Made by a program: the position numbers and the translations under genes. A stretch of DNA of 63,992 bases from Paraglomus brasilianum (Eukaryota). The notes under the pieces are model-generated. The model saw nothing but the letters and a program-made list of their open reading frames with translations. It was not told where the DNA came from and ran no database searches. The number at the start of each line of letters is the position of its first letter. The first letter of the stretch is position 1. Below, piece after piece: positions 23,209 to 38,000 of the stretch. The stretch is from contig CAJVPI010000057.1 of assembly GCA_910592345.1 (NCBI GenBank), forward strand, positions 1-63,992. The letters are read 5' to 3'.

Positions 23209-24672
23209 TCCTGTAGTATATAATAATGAAGGGTCAAATAGCTAAATGCTATGAATATATATTTTTATATAACCATGACGTAAATGACGTCTAGACAATG
23301 ACGGATGTGGGGTATTCTATAATAGATAGTACTCCATTGTAATTGTTCTAACCTGTAAGGTATTCTGTGTGTGGTAATACTAAATGCCTGTATCAGTTAT
23401 AGTCTATCAACAATATCTTGTGTTCCTTCCCTTCTTTCTGGTAACCTTGATCGCCAGGGGCAAATGAAGGATGATCGTAAAAGCCATTTAATGTGATTGG
23501 CAAGTTTGACAGATAAAATCTTTGCTCTATCGGATTGGTGTGAGAACCGCAACAGAATTATAACACGCGAAATATTTTCAGTCTCGCCTAATGTAAAGAG
23601 GTTGTCAGCATTGTGGTTTTTTTTTTTTTTAGATATGTAATACGGATCCCAAAACCGTTAACAGAAAGACAATAGATTCGTACATGATTGACTATTCCGA
23701 ACGTATTCATTTCTAATACACTATGTTATTACTATTGAACTTAACGATCGAGCCCCTACTTGTGTAATAAATAAAACGAAATCCATTAATTATTGAATCG
23801 CCGGTTAGTATGGTATGATCGCTGTTTTTGAGAAATAGTCTTGTTAGAACTGCACAAAGCCTGCTCTTCGTAAGAGTTATTACCAAACCAAAGCAAACAG
23901 CGATTTCTCTTTTAGCCGCAAATTTGTCTCTTTCGTATAACGTTCTTCCAGTAGGACGTCTGTGTGCTGATTATAAGAGCATAATCTGGCAAAAGAATGA
24001 ACAAAGAATCAAAGTGTGAATTTAGTGTTCGATAAATATGGTCTCGCTCATGTCATAAAACAGGTTTGTTAATAATTAGTATCACCCACTTATTCGTCTA
24101 CTCGCTCTTTGATGACATTCTAACCAGTAGGTTTTGGCTTGTCTGACTCAAGTTACCGATAAACTTTCGTCCCTACCAAAATACCCGTTCAAATCATTCC
24201 CATCAGCTTACGTCCAAAGTAATCTCTCAAATTATCGACTACGTACCAAGTTCGTGAGCGTGGGTTATCATTGAGACAAACACAACGCTCAGGCAGTTCA
24301 TAATACTTTCAATTACTTAAATCATAAAAAGTTCGAAACGAGCCTAACCCCGTTAAGGAAAACTATAAGACAGGATAGTCGTTTGATGAAATTAAAGTTC
24401 GGCAGATGTTGCGTCGATTCCGGCAGTCTCACGTCGATAAGATTGGTTAAATTTCGGCCAAGTCGGATAATATAGTAATTCCGGGGGAAAACCATTGGTT
24501 TTCGGCAACCGTGATAACTCTATTACCGAAATTGGGTTACGAAAAACACTCGGGTAAATTTATCTATCCGCATAAATTTGTGCCTCTAAATACCCCAATC
24601 ACACATAAAAACTGTACCGCGATCTTAACGATAGCATAAAATTCCAATTCGCACAGACGGTTTACGAACAGA

Positions 24673-25687
24673 ATGGTAAAAGACGCCCATACGGTAGAAT
24701 GTGTCAACGAAGCGATTGATGATAATCATCTGTGGTATTTAGGTACATACCATAATCGCATAGAATGCACCCCCCCAACGCCCCGACTAACCAAGTCTGC
24801 AATTATTATTCACAGCATATGGCAGCAATATGAACAAGAAAACCTTTCAAGGTCTCCGTAAAATAGTTCCACTTCAGCACAAAGCGGTTACTGTCCCCGA
24901 ATATTGGCTGAGCCTTGACATGATGGGTTCACCTTATATTGAACCATGTTTCGCAAGTATTGTAAAAAGAACCCGTCAGAATATTACTGAAGGATATGCA
25001 AGAGAAATACATTTACGATGCAAAGCAGGAACTTTATTTAAATGGAATCCGGATAACCCCGAAGAATCGCTGCCCCCCACACTTCACGGAGTTGCTTATT
25101 TAATCACGAAAGAGCAGTTCAAACGAATATTGATGACCGAAGGTGGATGGGGATACGATGATTTTCCAGCTGGATATTCTGTAATTGATGTAGAATGCAA
25201 AACTTGTGATGCTGAAAAAATTGTTGCCAAAACACTGATTGCCAGACCTGCTTCCGTGAAAATAGGATGTCAGGCTAGTGAAAGGTAATGAAATTTATTT
25301 ACTAGTCGTAATATCGTGATATCTTCTAACTGCTTATTTGTTTACGCTAGATACTTGAATTTAATGCGAGAAGGTGCGAAGGAATTTGGATTCGATCCTA
25401 CTTATCAGAAATATCTCTTCGACCTCCAACCATATCGACCAGATACTGTTAGACAAAAGATTGCTCGATTCCTGTATTTGATTAGCTTCCTCCCAGTTTA
25501 TGCATTATTCTTGCCTATTATGAAACAGAGTACTGAGCGCAATTGTAGAATACCACGTCCATTAGCATGGTTTTGGTTTTATTTTGCAAAAAGTTCTCAT
25601 TTCACACACGACCATTTCTTCAAACCAATATTTGGAAGTGGTGAAAATACGGGTCTTAACCGGCTTTACGATAGCAGTCACAAATAG
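24673..25687 (+). CDS. Gamma-glutamylcyclotransferase-like (GliK-like) protein; exons 24673-24742, 24816-~25283, 25351-25687
   Basis: Spliced WYL|AYGSNM motif, GSPYIEPCFAS, LHGVAYLIT..F..I..TEGG and SERYLNLMREGAKE. Hydrophobic C-terminus. Confidence 0.85.
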
Positions 25688-26848
25688 CAGGATGAAATCA
25701 ATTGTCAATGCTCGATAATTCCAACGTTTTATAACATAATTATAATCTCAAAAGTCGTCTGATACCTTTCTAATGCTTTATTTTTTAATTCATCCGAGGA
25801 AAAACCAAGGATGATAATGTTGATAATACTGAACTATTGCTAGGAATTACATACAGTTAACTCTCAATATAACAGTTAAAGATTATGTCGTCTCTTGAAA
25901 CCACAGAAGAATATGTTGATGAGCAAATGAGTATGTACCATATATGACATCTTGCCAACGGTTTGTAGACAACCTGGATGAGGAAGAAGAAGAAGAAGAA
26001 AACGATGCTAAGAGTATTCATAAGACTAGATACAGACTATTAAGTTTGAACAACTCGTTCATTGCGTCAGCCCTAAATTGCAAGTCAGTTTTGGTGTGCA
26101 ATGTACCGCTTTGCTATAATCGGAATTGTTTATCAATTTCTTCATAATTATCCCAATTGCACCATGGATATGTCCCCATATTATATAGTACGTTCGTTTC
26201 GTCCATAGTTAAAAATGAATTACGTGGCTGATTTGAAAAGTTCTGTCATTTGCGGCCGAAGCATGGTAAATTTCTTATAAAGTTTTGTCATTTGTTTGGA
26301 TCACATGACGGATGCCAGAATGTGGTTTTAATGTTAACATACAGGTTGACTGTTCAGGAGTTGCTCCATTAAATTTGAGCTAATAATATGTAAAACTTTT
26401 TCTGGGATTAAATTTTCTACGGTTTAAGGGATAGTGTGACGTCAACAAGGCTTGTCCAGGTCATTCTAATAATTTGCAGTCTGTTCTCGGTGTTCTCGAG
26501 GCAACCGGATCCGATCTTTCTTGGTTTTCGAAGAAATAAGCGGTTTACAAGCTTACAAGCCGGTCAACTCGGATATCATGGCTAACTCGTTTTGTAGTCG
26601 TTAAACTACAGTAACTCCAGTTGATTGGATAAATGTTATCTTTAATAGGAATCGATTTTCATTCCTGGCTAAAAAAACTTATCACGCACATAATCGACGA
26701 ATAATAACGTTAATGAATAGTGCAGCATTCGTAAAAAACTCGATAAATTTGCTAATGTTGTCCTTCCGTGCCGCGAACAACTGCTATATTGCAACCTTGT
26801 GACGTGGTATAATTTTAGTCATTTAAGTCACGATAGAAAAAAGTTTGT

Positions 26849-27657
26849 TGTGATGCTACGCTCTATGACGTATTCTCTCCTTTATTTCTGCGTTCCTCCG
26901 ACGGTGCCGCAGCCACATTCATCAGCGGTAATATCGGATTTCGGGAGTAGGAGTACAAGTGTTGCAAGGTACGAGCACTACTGCAAGTAATACAAACATT
27001 TCTAATAATAGTGGTACGAGCGGTAGTGCAGCACTTGTGCGAAAAAAATGAAGAAACAGTGCGGCAACACCAAAGTAATAATCTAAACGTATACTAAAGA
27101 ACGATCGATAGAATAGTAGAATTGGCTGCTAAAAATAGCTTAATTAGTCCGATCGAAAGATATAAAAGCAGTAGGAGTTTCAGCTAGAGTCGGGGTGTTC
27201 GCATGGTGAATTAAGATCCTTATAATTCATATCTTATTGTTAATAAACGAGTATCGCATTTACTCTGAACCTATATTATTGACCCTATTCTCTAAATCAG
27301 TCGATATATCTGAGAAACCGTTATATCCGTATATCAACGAAGGATAATTGCCTCTTGTCCGAGTGGCGAATTAGGGTTAGTTTTCGAACGCGTTCATTCT
27401 TAAGTGATAAACCATTGTACCCCAAACGGGAGATTATCGGAATAATCCCTCGATAATAACCGACGATACACTCGAGAGCGATTACTTATCTAGGATTAAC
27501 GTCATTCTACGGTGAAATAGCCCGTAAGTGGAAAGCCTTGAATTAACGAGGTCACTAACTGTAATTTAGACATTTAACTAGAAGGAGGAGGCGCCACGCT
27601 CTGTCTAAATCCCAAGTGTCGATTACTATCTGCTCTCCCGCAGTAGTCGGCACGACA
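26849..27657 (+). mobile_element. Solo-LTR-like element, family A copy 2
   Basis: Ends TGTGATGC...GCACGACA. TATA-like at ~27159 and AATAAA at 27242. Homologous to 3881-4699. Flanks TTGT/TTAT differ by one base. Confidence 0.8.
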
Positions 27658-28362
27658 TTATACAAAATTGCATAAACACTTATGATAATAATAAATCAAT
27701 GGACTGTAATAATACTGATATCGATAAGTTTATGATAGCAGAGCCATGGAGTGAAGTCGGTCAAACAATTGTTGGCGCAAGACGGTGCTTTACCTAGTAC
27801 TAAAGGAGTCCCTTTGAAAGAAGAAATTCAAGAGAGGGCTTCATTACAGAACCTAATAGGCTGGCTGCCATATGCTAAGAAAATGCCAGCTGAAGGTGTG
27901 TTTAAAAAAGAGATCTTGTCATTAAATCTCTGAAAGCATTATATAATTTATTTTGTTTATTAGAATGCGACAAAATACAGTATCTCTCAATTGTGAGACA
28001 ATTGATTTGGTTGCTCACGAGGATAGTAAACAGTCTGATAATTCTAATGAAGTATCGAGAAGCATTTCAGATATTCTGCATTAACATTTTTAGAACAAAA
28101 CCGCAATAACAACACACAAGTTGGCGATGTAAGGAAAAATGAAACAAAAGCAATTAGATTTATCAACATTCAAATTGAAATAATAGTTGCACAAATAATG
28201 GATATTATACTCGACAATCACGTGACCAAAAATATTAGGCATCTTTAAACTCCTACAAAGATTAATTTTTGCTTATCATATTACAATATTATTGGTCAAT
28301 TCAAATTGAAACAAATCACGTGATTATATAGTTTAGATGTCCTTACTATTTATATTACACCA

Positions 28363-28447
28363 GATGCTGAAATCCGGCCGAAGCTGAAACCATGATCTTT
28401 CATTGGTTGATCAGATTCTATTCTCTAAACGCATTGGTTAGTTTCAG
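28363..28447 (+). promoter_or_regulatory. Palindromic double-CCAAT module, copy 2, ending ~87 bp before the eIF2B-epsilon ATG
   Basis: ATTGG at 28402 and 28433 (31 bp apart) inside GCTGAAAC...GTTTCAG arms. Confidence 0.6.
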
Positions 28448-28533
28448 ATTTCACTCATTTCTCAGGTGACTATAATTTAAATTGTGATAAATAACTGCCG
28501 TTAGCCATTGAAAATAGAGTGCACTCGGATAAT

Positions 28534-31500
28534 ATGGCTCTCAAGCCTTCGCGGAAAAATTTAGAACCAGAAACAATATTAAAGGCTGTTGTACTTGCTG
28601 ATAGTTTTAACGAACGCTTCAGACCGCTTACTTTCGATAAGCCTAGAGTATGCTAAGCGTTCTATGGTTTTGGAGTGTGATTCAAAAGTTTTCGATTGCC
28701 GTGAGATGTTGAATCATAAGTCTGTTGTTTATTCAGTGTCTATTACCATTATGTAACACACCTCTTCTTGAGTATACGCTGGAGTTTCTCGCTGTAGCAG
28801 GTGTTCAAGAAGTCGTATTATTATGTAAGAATCATCCTGAACAAATAAAGAATTACGTCAGGTACATGTATGCATATATCGCGTTTCTATTCATGATTTT
28901 GATAGTTATTCAACGCTTATCACCATCGGATTATGTCTTCAGATCATCGAAATGGAATCGACCATATTCCCCACTAAAGATAATCACTATAGTCACTCCA
29001 ACTGCCTTGTCTGTTGGCGATGCACTGAGAGAAGTAGATAATCGACATTTAATTTCATCTGATTTTATTCTTGTAAGTGGAGATGTTGTGTCGAACGTTC
29101 AATTGGATAAGGCATTAGAGCTCCACAGGTAACTATTTTATTCTTTTGAGAAAATAAGAACTTATTTGCGTTCTCGCTCGAATTGATTCGTGGATTGTTT
29201 TTACGCGCAAGGGCTCGAAAGGCTACAGATAAGGATTCCATAATGACGATGGTAGGATCCGCAATAATAGCTTCCGTTGTACACTTCCGTTGATGTTTAG
29301 TAAAATGCGCTCCTATTGTAACCCTCTTGGAATCTCTTCTTCAAGGTCTTGAAAGAAGCGAGTCCTTTTCATAGAACACGGTAAGTTGCCTTTCACTCCC
29401 TACCATTATAGTACCTATAATATATTATAAAGGCGTCATTTTACATCATAATGTAAGAGAATGCAAACCCCGCTCAGGCTTTTGCTTTTACAACATTTGA
29501 TTCATGTTCTCGAGACAGGGCTCTGGGTGAATCATCGATTTTTGTGATTGATGAGAAAACAAGTGAATGTCTTTATTACGATTCTTTGAAGCTGTTTCCG
29601 AGAAAAAGACGTATGGTTATGAGCATGGAAGTGTTCGATAAACACAGCAACGTCCAGATTAGAAACGATCTGATCGATTGCCAGATTGATATCTGCTCTG
29701 TGGAGGTATGATATCTTGAGATAAACTAAATACTGGGACGTTTTGTTAAGTTTGAAACTTCATCTTCATCTATGGATGCAAAGTCAATTTATGAGATATT
29801 TGTGCTGAATGCAATTATGGAATTCTTTGTCATTGTGTCCCTAATTCAACTGAAGTTTTATCTTACAGGTTCCCGCGCTATTCAGTGATAACTACGACTG
29901 GCAAGAAATAAGACAAGACTTTGTCTACGGCATTCTAACTACTGAATTTCCCAAAAAGACGATATATTCTCACGTTGTAAAGGACTCATATGCAGCACGC
30001 GTACGAAGTTTACAAACATATAACGCAATCAGCAAAGATATGCTGTCGAGATGGACTTACCCGATAGTTCCAGACAGTAATTTACAAGAAGGCGATAGTT
30101 ACAAGTACTTACGTGGACATATTTACAAAGAGCAAGATGTCATACTGTCGAGATCGTGTGTCTTGGGGGAGAATGTTCAAATTGGAAGTGGTAGCGAGAT
30201 TGGGGAGAATGTCAAGATCAATAATTCGGTTATCGGACGTCGTGTTCAAATAGGTAGGTCAAAGTAGCAGTGTATACGTCTATTTATTAGATTTCCAGTA
30301 CTATCAATGATTTAACAAATATATAGGAGCCAATGTAACGATTGAAGGATCGCATATATGGGACGATGTGAAAATAAGTGCCGGCTGTACAATATCGAAT
30401 TCGATTCTTGCAGCAGGAGTACAGTTGGAAGAAAATGTTGCGGTTCAAGAGGATTGTTTGCTATCGTACTATGTAAGAATACCTCTATTCCTTCGTCAAC
30501 GCCTAATTTTCAACACTTTTAGCGCATGGTGTTAACATGATTCCTCAAATAGGTTGTAGTAGGCCCTGATGTTACTTTGCCCCCCCACACAAAGCTCACA
30601 AGACACACCGAATCTATGACTGCTACTCAAGATAAAAAGGAGTCTTTAGATCATGGTAAGATTAACAGTGATCTAAAGCTTGTAATATCATACACCATTA
30701 ACTATAAAAATTTGCAAAAGATTATGATCAAACTTTAATTGGCGTTAATGGTAAGGGAAATATATGGGAAGACACGGAATTATTTGTAGACGATCAAGAC
30801 TTCCGAAACGCCCAAATCGCCTCACTTGGTATGTATAGTGACTTGAAAATTCATAGTGTTTAAACTACAATTTGAGCTGCAGCTAATTCTGATATGGACA
30901 ATCACGAATGCACTTATTAGCCTATGACCTATCAACGGTTACACTTACTGACTCCGGATCAGAAGCTTCCGTAATAAGCGGATCGTCCATTTCAGATGAC
31001 GACGATTATGGAGATACGAATAGCACGGAGAATTTCTCCCGAGAAGTCGAGCAAACACTCGATCGTGCTTTTAATGAAAATCACAGCGTTGAAATAGCTG
31101 CATTGGAATTGAATACCCTTCGCATGGCAACGAACACTACTTTTCATGATCTACGCACTGTGGTCATTCCAAGTATTTTGGACTTGGTCAAGATTGAAAA
31201 ATTAAATGAAAGTGTGAAAGAGGTTTGTTGGAATGGAAAGAATAGTATGTAATGATATATGAATGGAGTGATAATAGTGCACATATATTTCAGGTTTTGA
31301 ATAAATGGGGACCATTAATTGGGAAGCTTATTTTGTCCGAAGCGGACCAGGTCGACGCATTGAATGTATCACAGGTACAATTTGTTTGTTTCTCCTAGAG
31401 AAATCTTTGTAATAATCATGCTAATATAACCAATTATTAGGGACACTGTGCAAAGAAAGATTGTGACCCAAAACTTCTTTTTTGGACTATTCGTTTGTTA

Positions 31501-31770
31501 TATGAGCAAGACATAATTGAGGAAGATGCCATTTTGGAGTGGTATAATTCCGAGAATGCAAGAGGCGCAGGAAGACCTGACATATATGGCCAGTTAAGAG
31601 ATTCGGTAATACTAATGTACTATAAATATGCACCGGCGTATGTCTGCCATTTGGGCTATTTACGAATATCTGTTGGGTTTCCATTTTATAAATAGCTTAC
31701 GCCATTCGTTAGATGGCTGCAAGAAGCAGAGGAAGAGACGGAGGATGAAGCTAGTGGTGATGAGACATAG
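28534..31770 (+). CDS. GCD6: Translation initiation factor eIF2B epsilon subunit (multi-exon)
   Basis: LKAVVLADSFNERFRPLTFDKPR|CLLPL, SVGDALRE, IRNDLIDCQIDICS.EVPALF.DN.DWQ, hexapeptide beta-helix, ALELNTLRMA, LYEQDIIEEDAILEW and PFVRWLQEAEEE. Confidence 0.96.
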
Positions 31771-34700
31771 AGTAAGATTATTTTATGGGAATGTCAAAGC
31801 CACCCTAAGGACATTCACAGTTGTCGTTTGCTTGTGAGTAATATGCACTTATCTGGTGCAGTTGGTTCTTCGGTGTTTGCTTTCTATATAGCTAATTTAA
31901 TTAATATTCAAGAATTAATAAGTATTATTAGATAAATGCTATTTGAAAGCACGGATTATCCGTAACTTGAGCCACAGCGACCACAAATATGCCGTTCTAA
32001 ACCTTGCATTAATACAAAAAGACTATACTAATTTGCGTAATTAATTTGGGTAATAAGTCTTTTGGGAAATATGATTATTCTACTAATTGAGTATAACATT
32101 AATGAGGCTTCATTTGTGATACAAGGGTCTACTTTAATTATTACGTGCACGAAGAATGAAGATAATAATTACAAGACTTTTGGCAGACAAAGATTCCACT
32201 TAAGACCATATATGAAATCTCAAAAAACTTAGTGAAACTGAATTTTAGTAAACCGTTATTGCTTCTTGTGCTTTAGAAAGGTTTATTGGAATGGTATTCC
32301 TGACACAGTCCCGTCTCCAAAGTCACCGACCATTCTACATTTACGCATAATGGACACGTATTGTACAGTCGAAAAATGCTCTCACTTTAATAAAGTATGA
32401 TTGTGATTATCGAAAATTTATAAATTTACGCCTATTCGCCAAATTACCTTATAACTTAATGTTGGCTTTTTCGGCCACCAAAATTCGAAGAAACAAGATG
32501 TTCGGGCAATTTTTACAGAGGTTTCAAACGAGTAAAAATGTGTGTAAGTTATGTTTTTGAACATCCGAGTCGCATGACCTGTTTAACGTTTTCGTAGGAT
32601 AAAAGTCGGTTCTAGGTAAATTCATGATTTTACTATCTAACATCTTGTTTATTATTATTACCTATAATGTGCGCTAAATTACACATAATAGTTATGTCTC
32701 AAAATTTATTGTTTTGGTTTTGAGAAAAACAACAACAGATTGTGTAATTTTCGTGTTATTTGACAAACATCAGATTGTATGAACAAGTTGTCAACCTCTT
32801 CTTATTCTAACATCTCTAGGTCCAAAAACGTATTCCTTAACTGAAAGTCAATGTGGTGAAAAAATAAGTAATCAATACCAAAATTAGAACAACTGATTCT
32901 CATATTATTAAAAAAGTACATTATACATTAACAGAGACAGTCTTATAATTTGTCCCTGGTCTGAGCAACTTAATCTGAAATTGTTGGCTAATAAACCTCA
33001 AAATTCTAAAGAGTATTGTTAATTAAAAAAAACAATAAACTTTTTGTTGTGTGCCCAGCTCAGAAACTTATTCTAAGCAATCAGCAAAGAGAACAATGCT
33101 TGAAAGGGTGCACTGAAGGAGAGATTGGTCTTTGAAAATAGAATACGTATATGGAGTGAGATTAGAGCAGGTTTGCAACATTTAAAATTGATGGTTGGAG
33201 AGTCCTGGTACTAGACTGCACTGCAGGAAGAATGGCTTGATAAAGTTATTCAATGTTAAAAATTTGAAACACAATTATTATTATTCTTATTATTCTTATG
33301 TGTAATTTTGTGCAATTCATAAATCTGGATGTAGGGATGTTATTATTATTATTACAAAAAATAATGAACGGATATCTCTACTGCTTTCAAGTTTAACTGG
33401 TTTACTCGTCTTTTTTTTTTTTTTTTTTTTTTTTGCACACCGTCTCGACAAAGTTACACAAAACCGATTATTGTAATGAAAGTGCAACGGCAAACGATAT
33501 ACGCTGTCGGAAACAATGCAACTTTATGATTATAAAGAAGTTTTTATGTGGTGTGTTTATAGATGCACTATAAAGAAAGTCGACTGTAGTGTGTGCGAAA
33601 AAAAAAAAGTGCTAACGTTTAGAGTAATGAATGGGCTTTATACTTTATTTAACAACTTATGAGCAGAGGTTTTGTTGTTATAAACATTGTAGAGTATTTT
33701 TAATTAAGTTAGGGACAATTTAAAAACAACTCATAAGTGTTTCTATCAAAACATAAGAAACCGCGGAACAAAATGATTCATGTATAAATGTCTGAAAGGC
33801 TTTTTATTGAACTAATTTTCTTCGTGATGCAGTGTATATTATGGGAATAAGGATATATGTGAGGCTGCTAAATACACTCATTAACCAAGATTCCAATATC
33901 AGAAAAGAAGGAACGTACATCGATTTTATAAGACTTTATTGGAAGGAACGTACATCGCAGAGGGAAATGGAAACAAGTCTCATGCACACCAGAATAAAAT
34001 GAGGTCATATGGTACAAGTTTCCCCATGAGTAGGTTATATTATGTATACTGATATTGTAAACCAGATTAATTAATAATTGGGATCAATTTACAGTATTCT
34101 CTATAGTTTGTGTATAGGTAACTTTTCCCAATTTTGGACCTATTCATGTCATGTAAAATCAAAACAAAGGCTTGTTTTTAGTGTTATTTGTTGTACGTAA
34201 TTGTAAGGTTAATTGAGAGTTATTCTGTCGAGATAATTATAGTCAAAAATCAATAGTAATGGTAATAGCACAGTGATAGTGTAAGAATTTATTTCCAAGA
34301 CACTTACGACAGCATATCATCGACTACAACACACAAATCCGACGTTTGGACTAGTACTAGTGCCATAAAAGTGTCGGAATTATTGACTATAATCTTGAGA
34401 TGAAATATGCAAGTGAACACTTTGAGTATATATAAATCTACTATTTCGTTGTTGATTCATACACTCCCAAAGTGATACTGTCCGGAAGGAAAGAATTCTA
34501 GCGGTTACATGCTCGCCATAACCAAATTTGAGAATTTGGTCGTCATTTTGAAATAATTGAACAGGAACGACCTAAAGCAGAAAAAATTAAAGCAAATACT
34601 TAAGAAGCAGTGGTTCAAAAATTGAAGAAAGTGGTGAAATGTCAAGAAAACCGGGTTGTAATCAGTAATCTCGCGGACATTCAAACCTTGTTGTGCGGGT

Positions 34701-35040
34701 CTGTACAATTTCCTTTATATGGAAAATTCGTGTCACGCTTAACGAACTTTTTGACTCTGACCTCCCCTAACTGTCCTTCAACACCTACGTTCCTTTACTT
34801 TTTCATCTCGGTTCACTCTCGCTTCGTTCGTTCCACTCCTTGTGCTGTGACTTCATATACCAACTGTTGTTAGTAAGCACGTCCCCGCTCCTTCCTGGAT
34901 TTACCCCCACCAAGTTATGTCAAGCAAAGTATTTAACTGTCCTGTCTTATAAATACGATACTCCTAAACGACTCTCGACTGTGTGACATTTCGACATATA
35001 TATTAACAGTTACAGTTTAAAGGAAGCAACGTCTTTCATT

Positions 35041-38000
35041 ATGGCCGACGAGACTAATGCTCAGCCCGATATCATTGCGAACAAGGCGCCTTCCGTGTTT
35101 CCTTATCCCTCCGAGGCTGTCTCAACGACTGTCTCGGCTTCATCTCAGGAAGACCAATTAAACCGTAACAAAAAACCAAATAGGCAAAGTTATAAATCTC
35201 AACCAAGCGTCGATGGCAAAGGAAGTAAGTCCGCCGGTAGCCTTACTGATGACGCGGGTGGCAACGACAACGGCGACGAAAAGAAGAGGAAAGATAAGAA
35301 GAAACAGAATAAAGATGCTGAAGATAATAATGACAATAAACAAACCAATAGTCAGCATCAACGCCGTAAATCTACTGCCATTCCGGGTGAATTATCAAAT
35401 AAAAATAAAAACTTGAATCTTGGCAATGTTGCTACTGACAAGTCAAACTTTCATCGTCGTGGAAGGTCATTAGCCACTTTTGGCGAATTTCAAGGTTCAT
35501 CCAGGGCGACTGCTGTAAAAGCCAAAGACAGTAAAGATGATTCGGAAAACACCTCCGGAGCGCTTGAATCTCTTCGACAAATGATTGCTAGTATAAAGTC
35601 TATGCCTGCGCCACCTAAGTCTCAAAAGACTGAAGAGAATCCAGTCGACTTGCCTTCAAAACATAGAAGACATGAATCGAGCGCTAGCAATACTAATAAA
35701 CGCCCTAATCCTGTAGGAAATAAACACAAGAAAAACGCGTCTGTTTCATTCTATTTCCCCGCAACCGGTTCTGCAAGCGGTTCTTTGAAGTCTATTCCGG
35801 ACTCTGAAGATGGCAAACCCATAGACATTGAGAAATCTTTACAAGATACGCTTTCCTCTCTAAGACGTATGAGCCACGACAAGGGTAAGGCTCAGAAGGA
35901 TAAGAACACAGAAAGTAAGGGAAAGGAGACAGAGAATGGTGAGATTTTAGATTCGGAGGCATGGCGAGGGAAAAAACTCGAATAATCGTAAATTTCAAAT
36001 TTTAGATGAGGTTCCGCTTTCTGAAAAAAAGCCGGAACAAGAAGTGGCAAAACCTCCATTTGATTGGAAACGGCTAACCAATGATCAGTCGCAAGGCAGC
36101 AGCAAAAAGGCTCATCGTCGTTATCAATCTCTCGGCTTCAGTCTGACACCAGCTGCGCCAACGCCGGTTCCAGGAGCCGTGCCCGTAGCTTTCAAGACGG
36201 CGGTTCAGTCACACCATCGAAGGCATAGCGTCGCTCTTAATGGCAGCAAGGATGTTTTGAAAGAATTGGAGAAAAGCCAAGGTAAATCCGGATCAGACAA
36301 TAAGAACGGTCATCGCCGTACTGGATCCAGAAACGTTGATGGTAATTGGAGAACCGGTAAGCTTATACATTTTGATTTAGCTGCATATTGCTATATGGTA
36401 TTACGGTCGGTGCTATTTGAACCTTCGATGAGCGTCCAGGAAATCTAATATTTAATACATGAATCGACGATTGCACATGTGTCATTGAAATACCACACAG
36501 AACATGCAGTTACCTCTGTCTATTGTTTATCCCTTGTAATGTATTTTAACTGATATTTACTGTCCCAATCAGTTCCTCCTCTTCTCCCATTTAACTATTC
36601 TAAATATGCTAACGGACAGAAGAAAATTCAAAATAATCAGCAAAATGGCAACAATCAACAGCAACGAAAATCGCTATTTGCACCTTATCTTCCGCAAGCA
36701 TCTCTACCTCAACTCCTGAAATGTAACGAGCTTGTATCAGGTGTTCTGCGTATTAATAAGAGAAATCGCTCCGACGCTTATGTAACCACAGAGACTTTAG
36801 ATGCTGATATTTATATATGCGGCTCCAAGGATAGAAATCGCGCCTTAGAGGGGGATATCGTAGCAGTTGAATTATTGGATACGGAAAAAGTGTGGCAAAC
36901 TAAGAAAGAAAAAGAAGAAAAGAAAAGGAAAAAGGAAGAAAGTTCTGGCATTGATAGAAAGAAAATTGACAAGAAGAAGGATGACGTAGAAGTAGAAGGA
37001 CAGGGTTTATTGCTGTTTGACGATGATGATATAATTAGTGACGAACAGAGACCAAAATATTGTGGTCATATAGTAGCTGTTATGGAACGCATGCCTGGTC
37101 AGCTTTTCTCTGGGTAGGTAACTAATATTTAGGGTCAATACAAATCTGACCTTCCACAACTATAATTCATCGCTCCTACAGAAGTGGATTTTGACTGTCA
37201 TAAAGATTGGCAAACAAACTGTTTGAAATTAACTTTGAAATTGCGGTTCTCGTTTAATAGTACTCTAGCTTTGCTTCGACCATCCTCTACGGCCACCAAG
37301 GAAAGAGAGGCAGCAGAAAAGGCTCGGCGTGAAGCTGAAGATAGGGCTGCTGGTATTGAACCAAGAGAGTTTTTAAGAGATGAGAGGAAAGACGAGAGGA
37401 CTGAGCGACCAAAGATTGTTTGGTTTAAACCGGTATGATCATTAATTTCATGTATTTGGTGATAACAATACGATTTTTCCTAGTTGGCTATTATGGTTTC
37501 ACTTGGCGTGTACAACATTCTTGATCTGGTCGAGAAGTTGCATAGGATTGTCTATAGTTTAGCTATCAAGCATTTGCATACAGTATTATAATATCTCACC
37601 AGTGTTGACGCCGTAAACCATAATCGGTCGGATTTGTTTGGATTCCTCGATGTTATGGAGGTTTATATCCATAAATTGTAATATTTAGATAATTAACCGA
37701 ACGAAGCGGATATGGCGTGATTTAATAGGAAGTTAATTAACGAACCACTTCTGTCTGCAGTCGGCTCGTCTTCGAGCATGATCAGAACAACGTTTACAAG
37801 TATTTTCTCATCTTGCAGAATAACTAATAACTACACTTCCATATAGACGGACAAGCGTGTTCCGCTGATTGCGATTCCCACCGAGCAAGCTCCTGAAGGT
37901 TTTGTTGAGAATCATCAGTCCTATGCCAATAAATTATTCGTTGTAAGTATGATTGTCAATACAAATCACTCACATTATGAAACAGCCCCATTTAATAATA

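Noticed and set aside
33411..33608. poly(T)-GCACAC ... GTGTGCG-poly(A) inverted arrangement as a MITE
   Set aside because: Complementarity beyond the homopolymers is short, and there is no second copy in the window.
35930..36050. Frameshift or split gene at the Dis3L2 N-terminus
   Set aside because: A GT-AG intron at 35939-36005 restores the frame.
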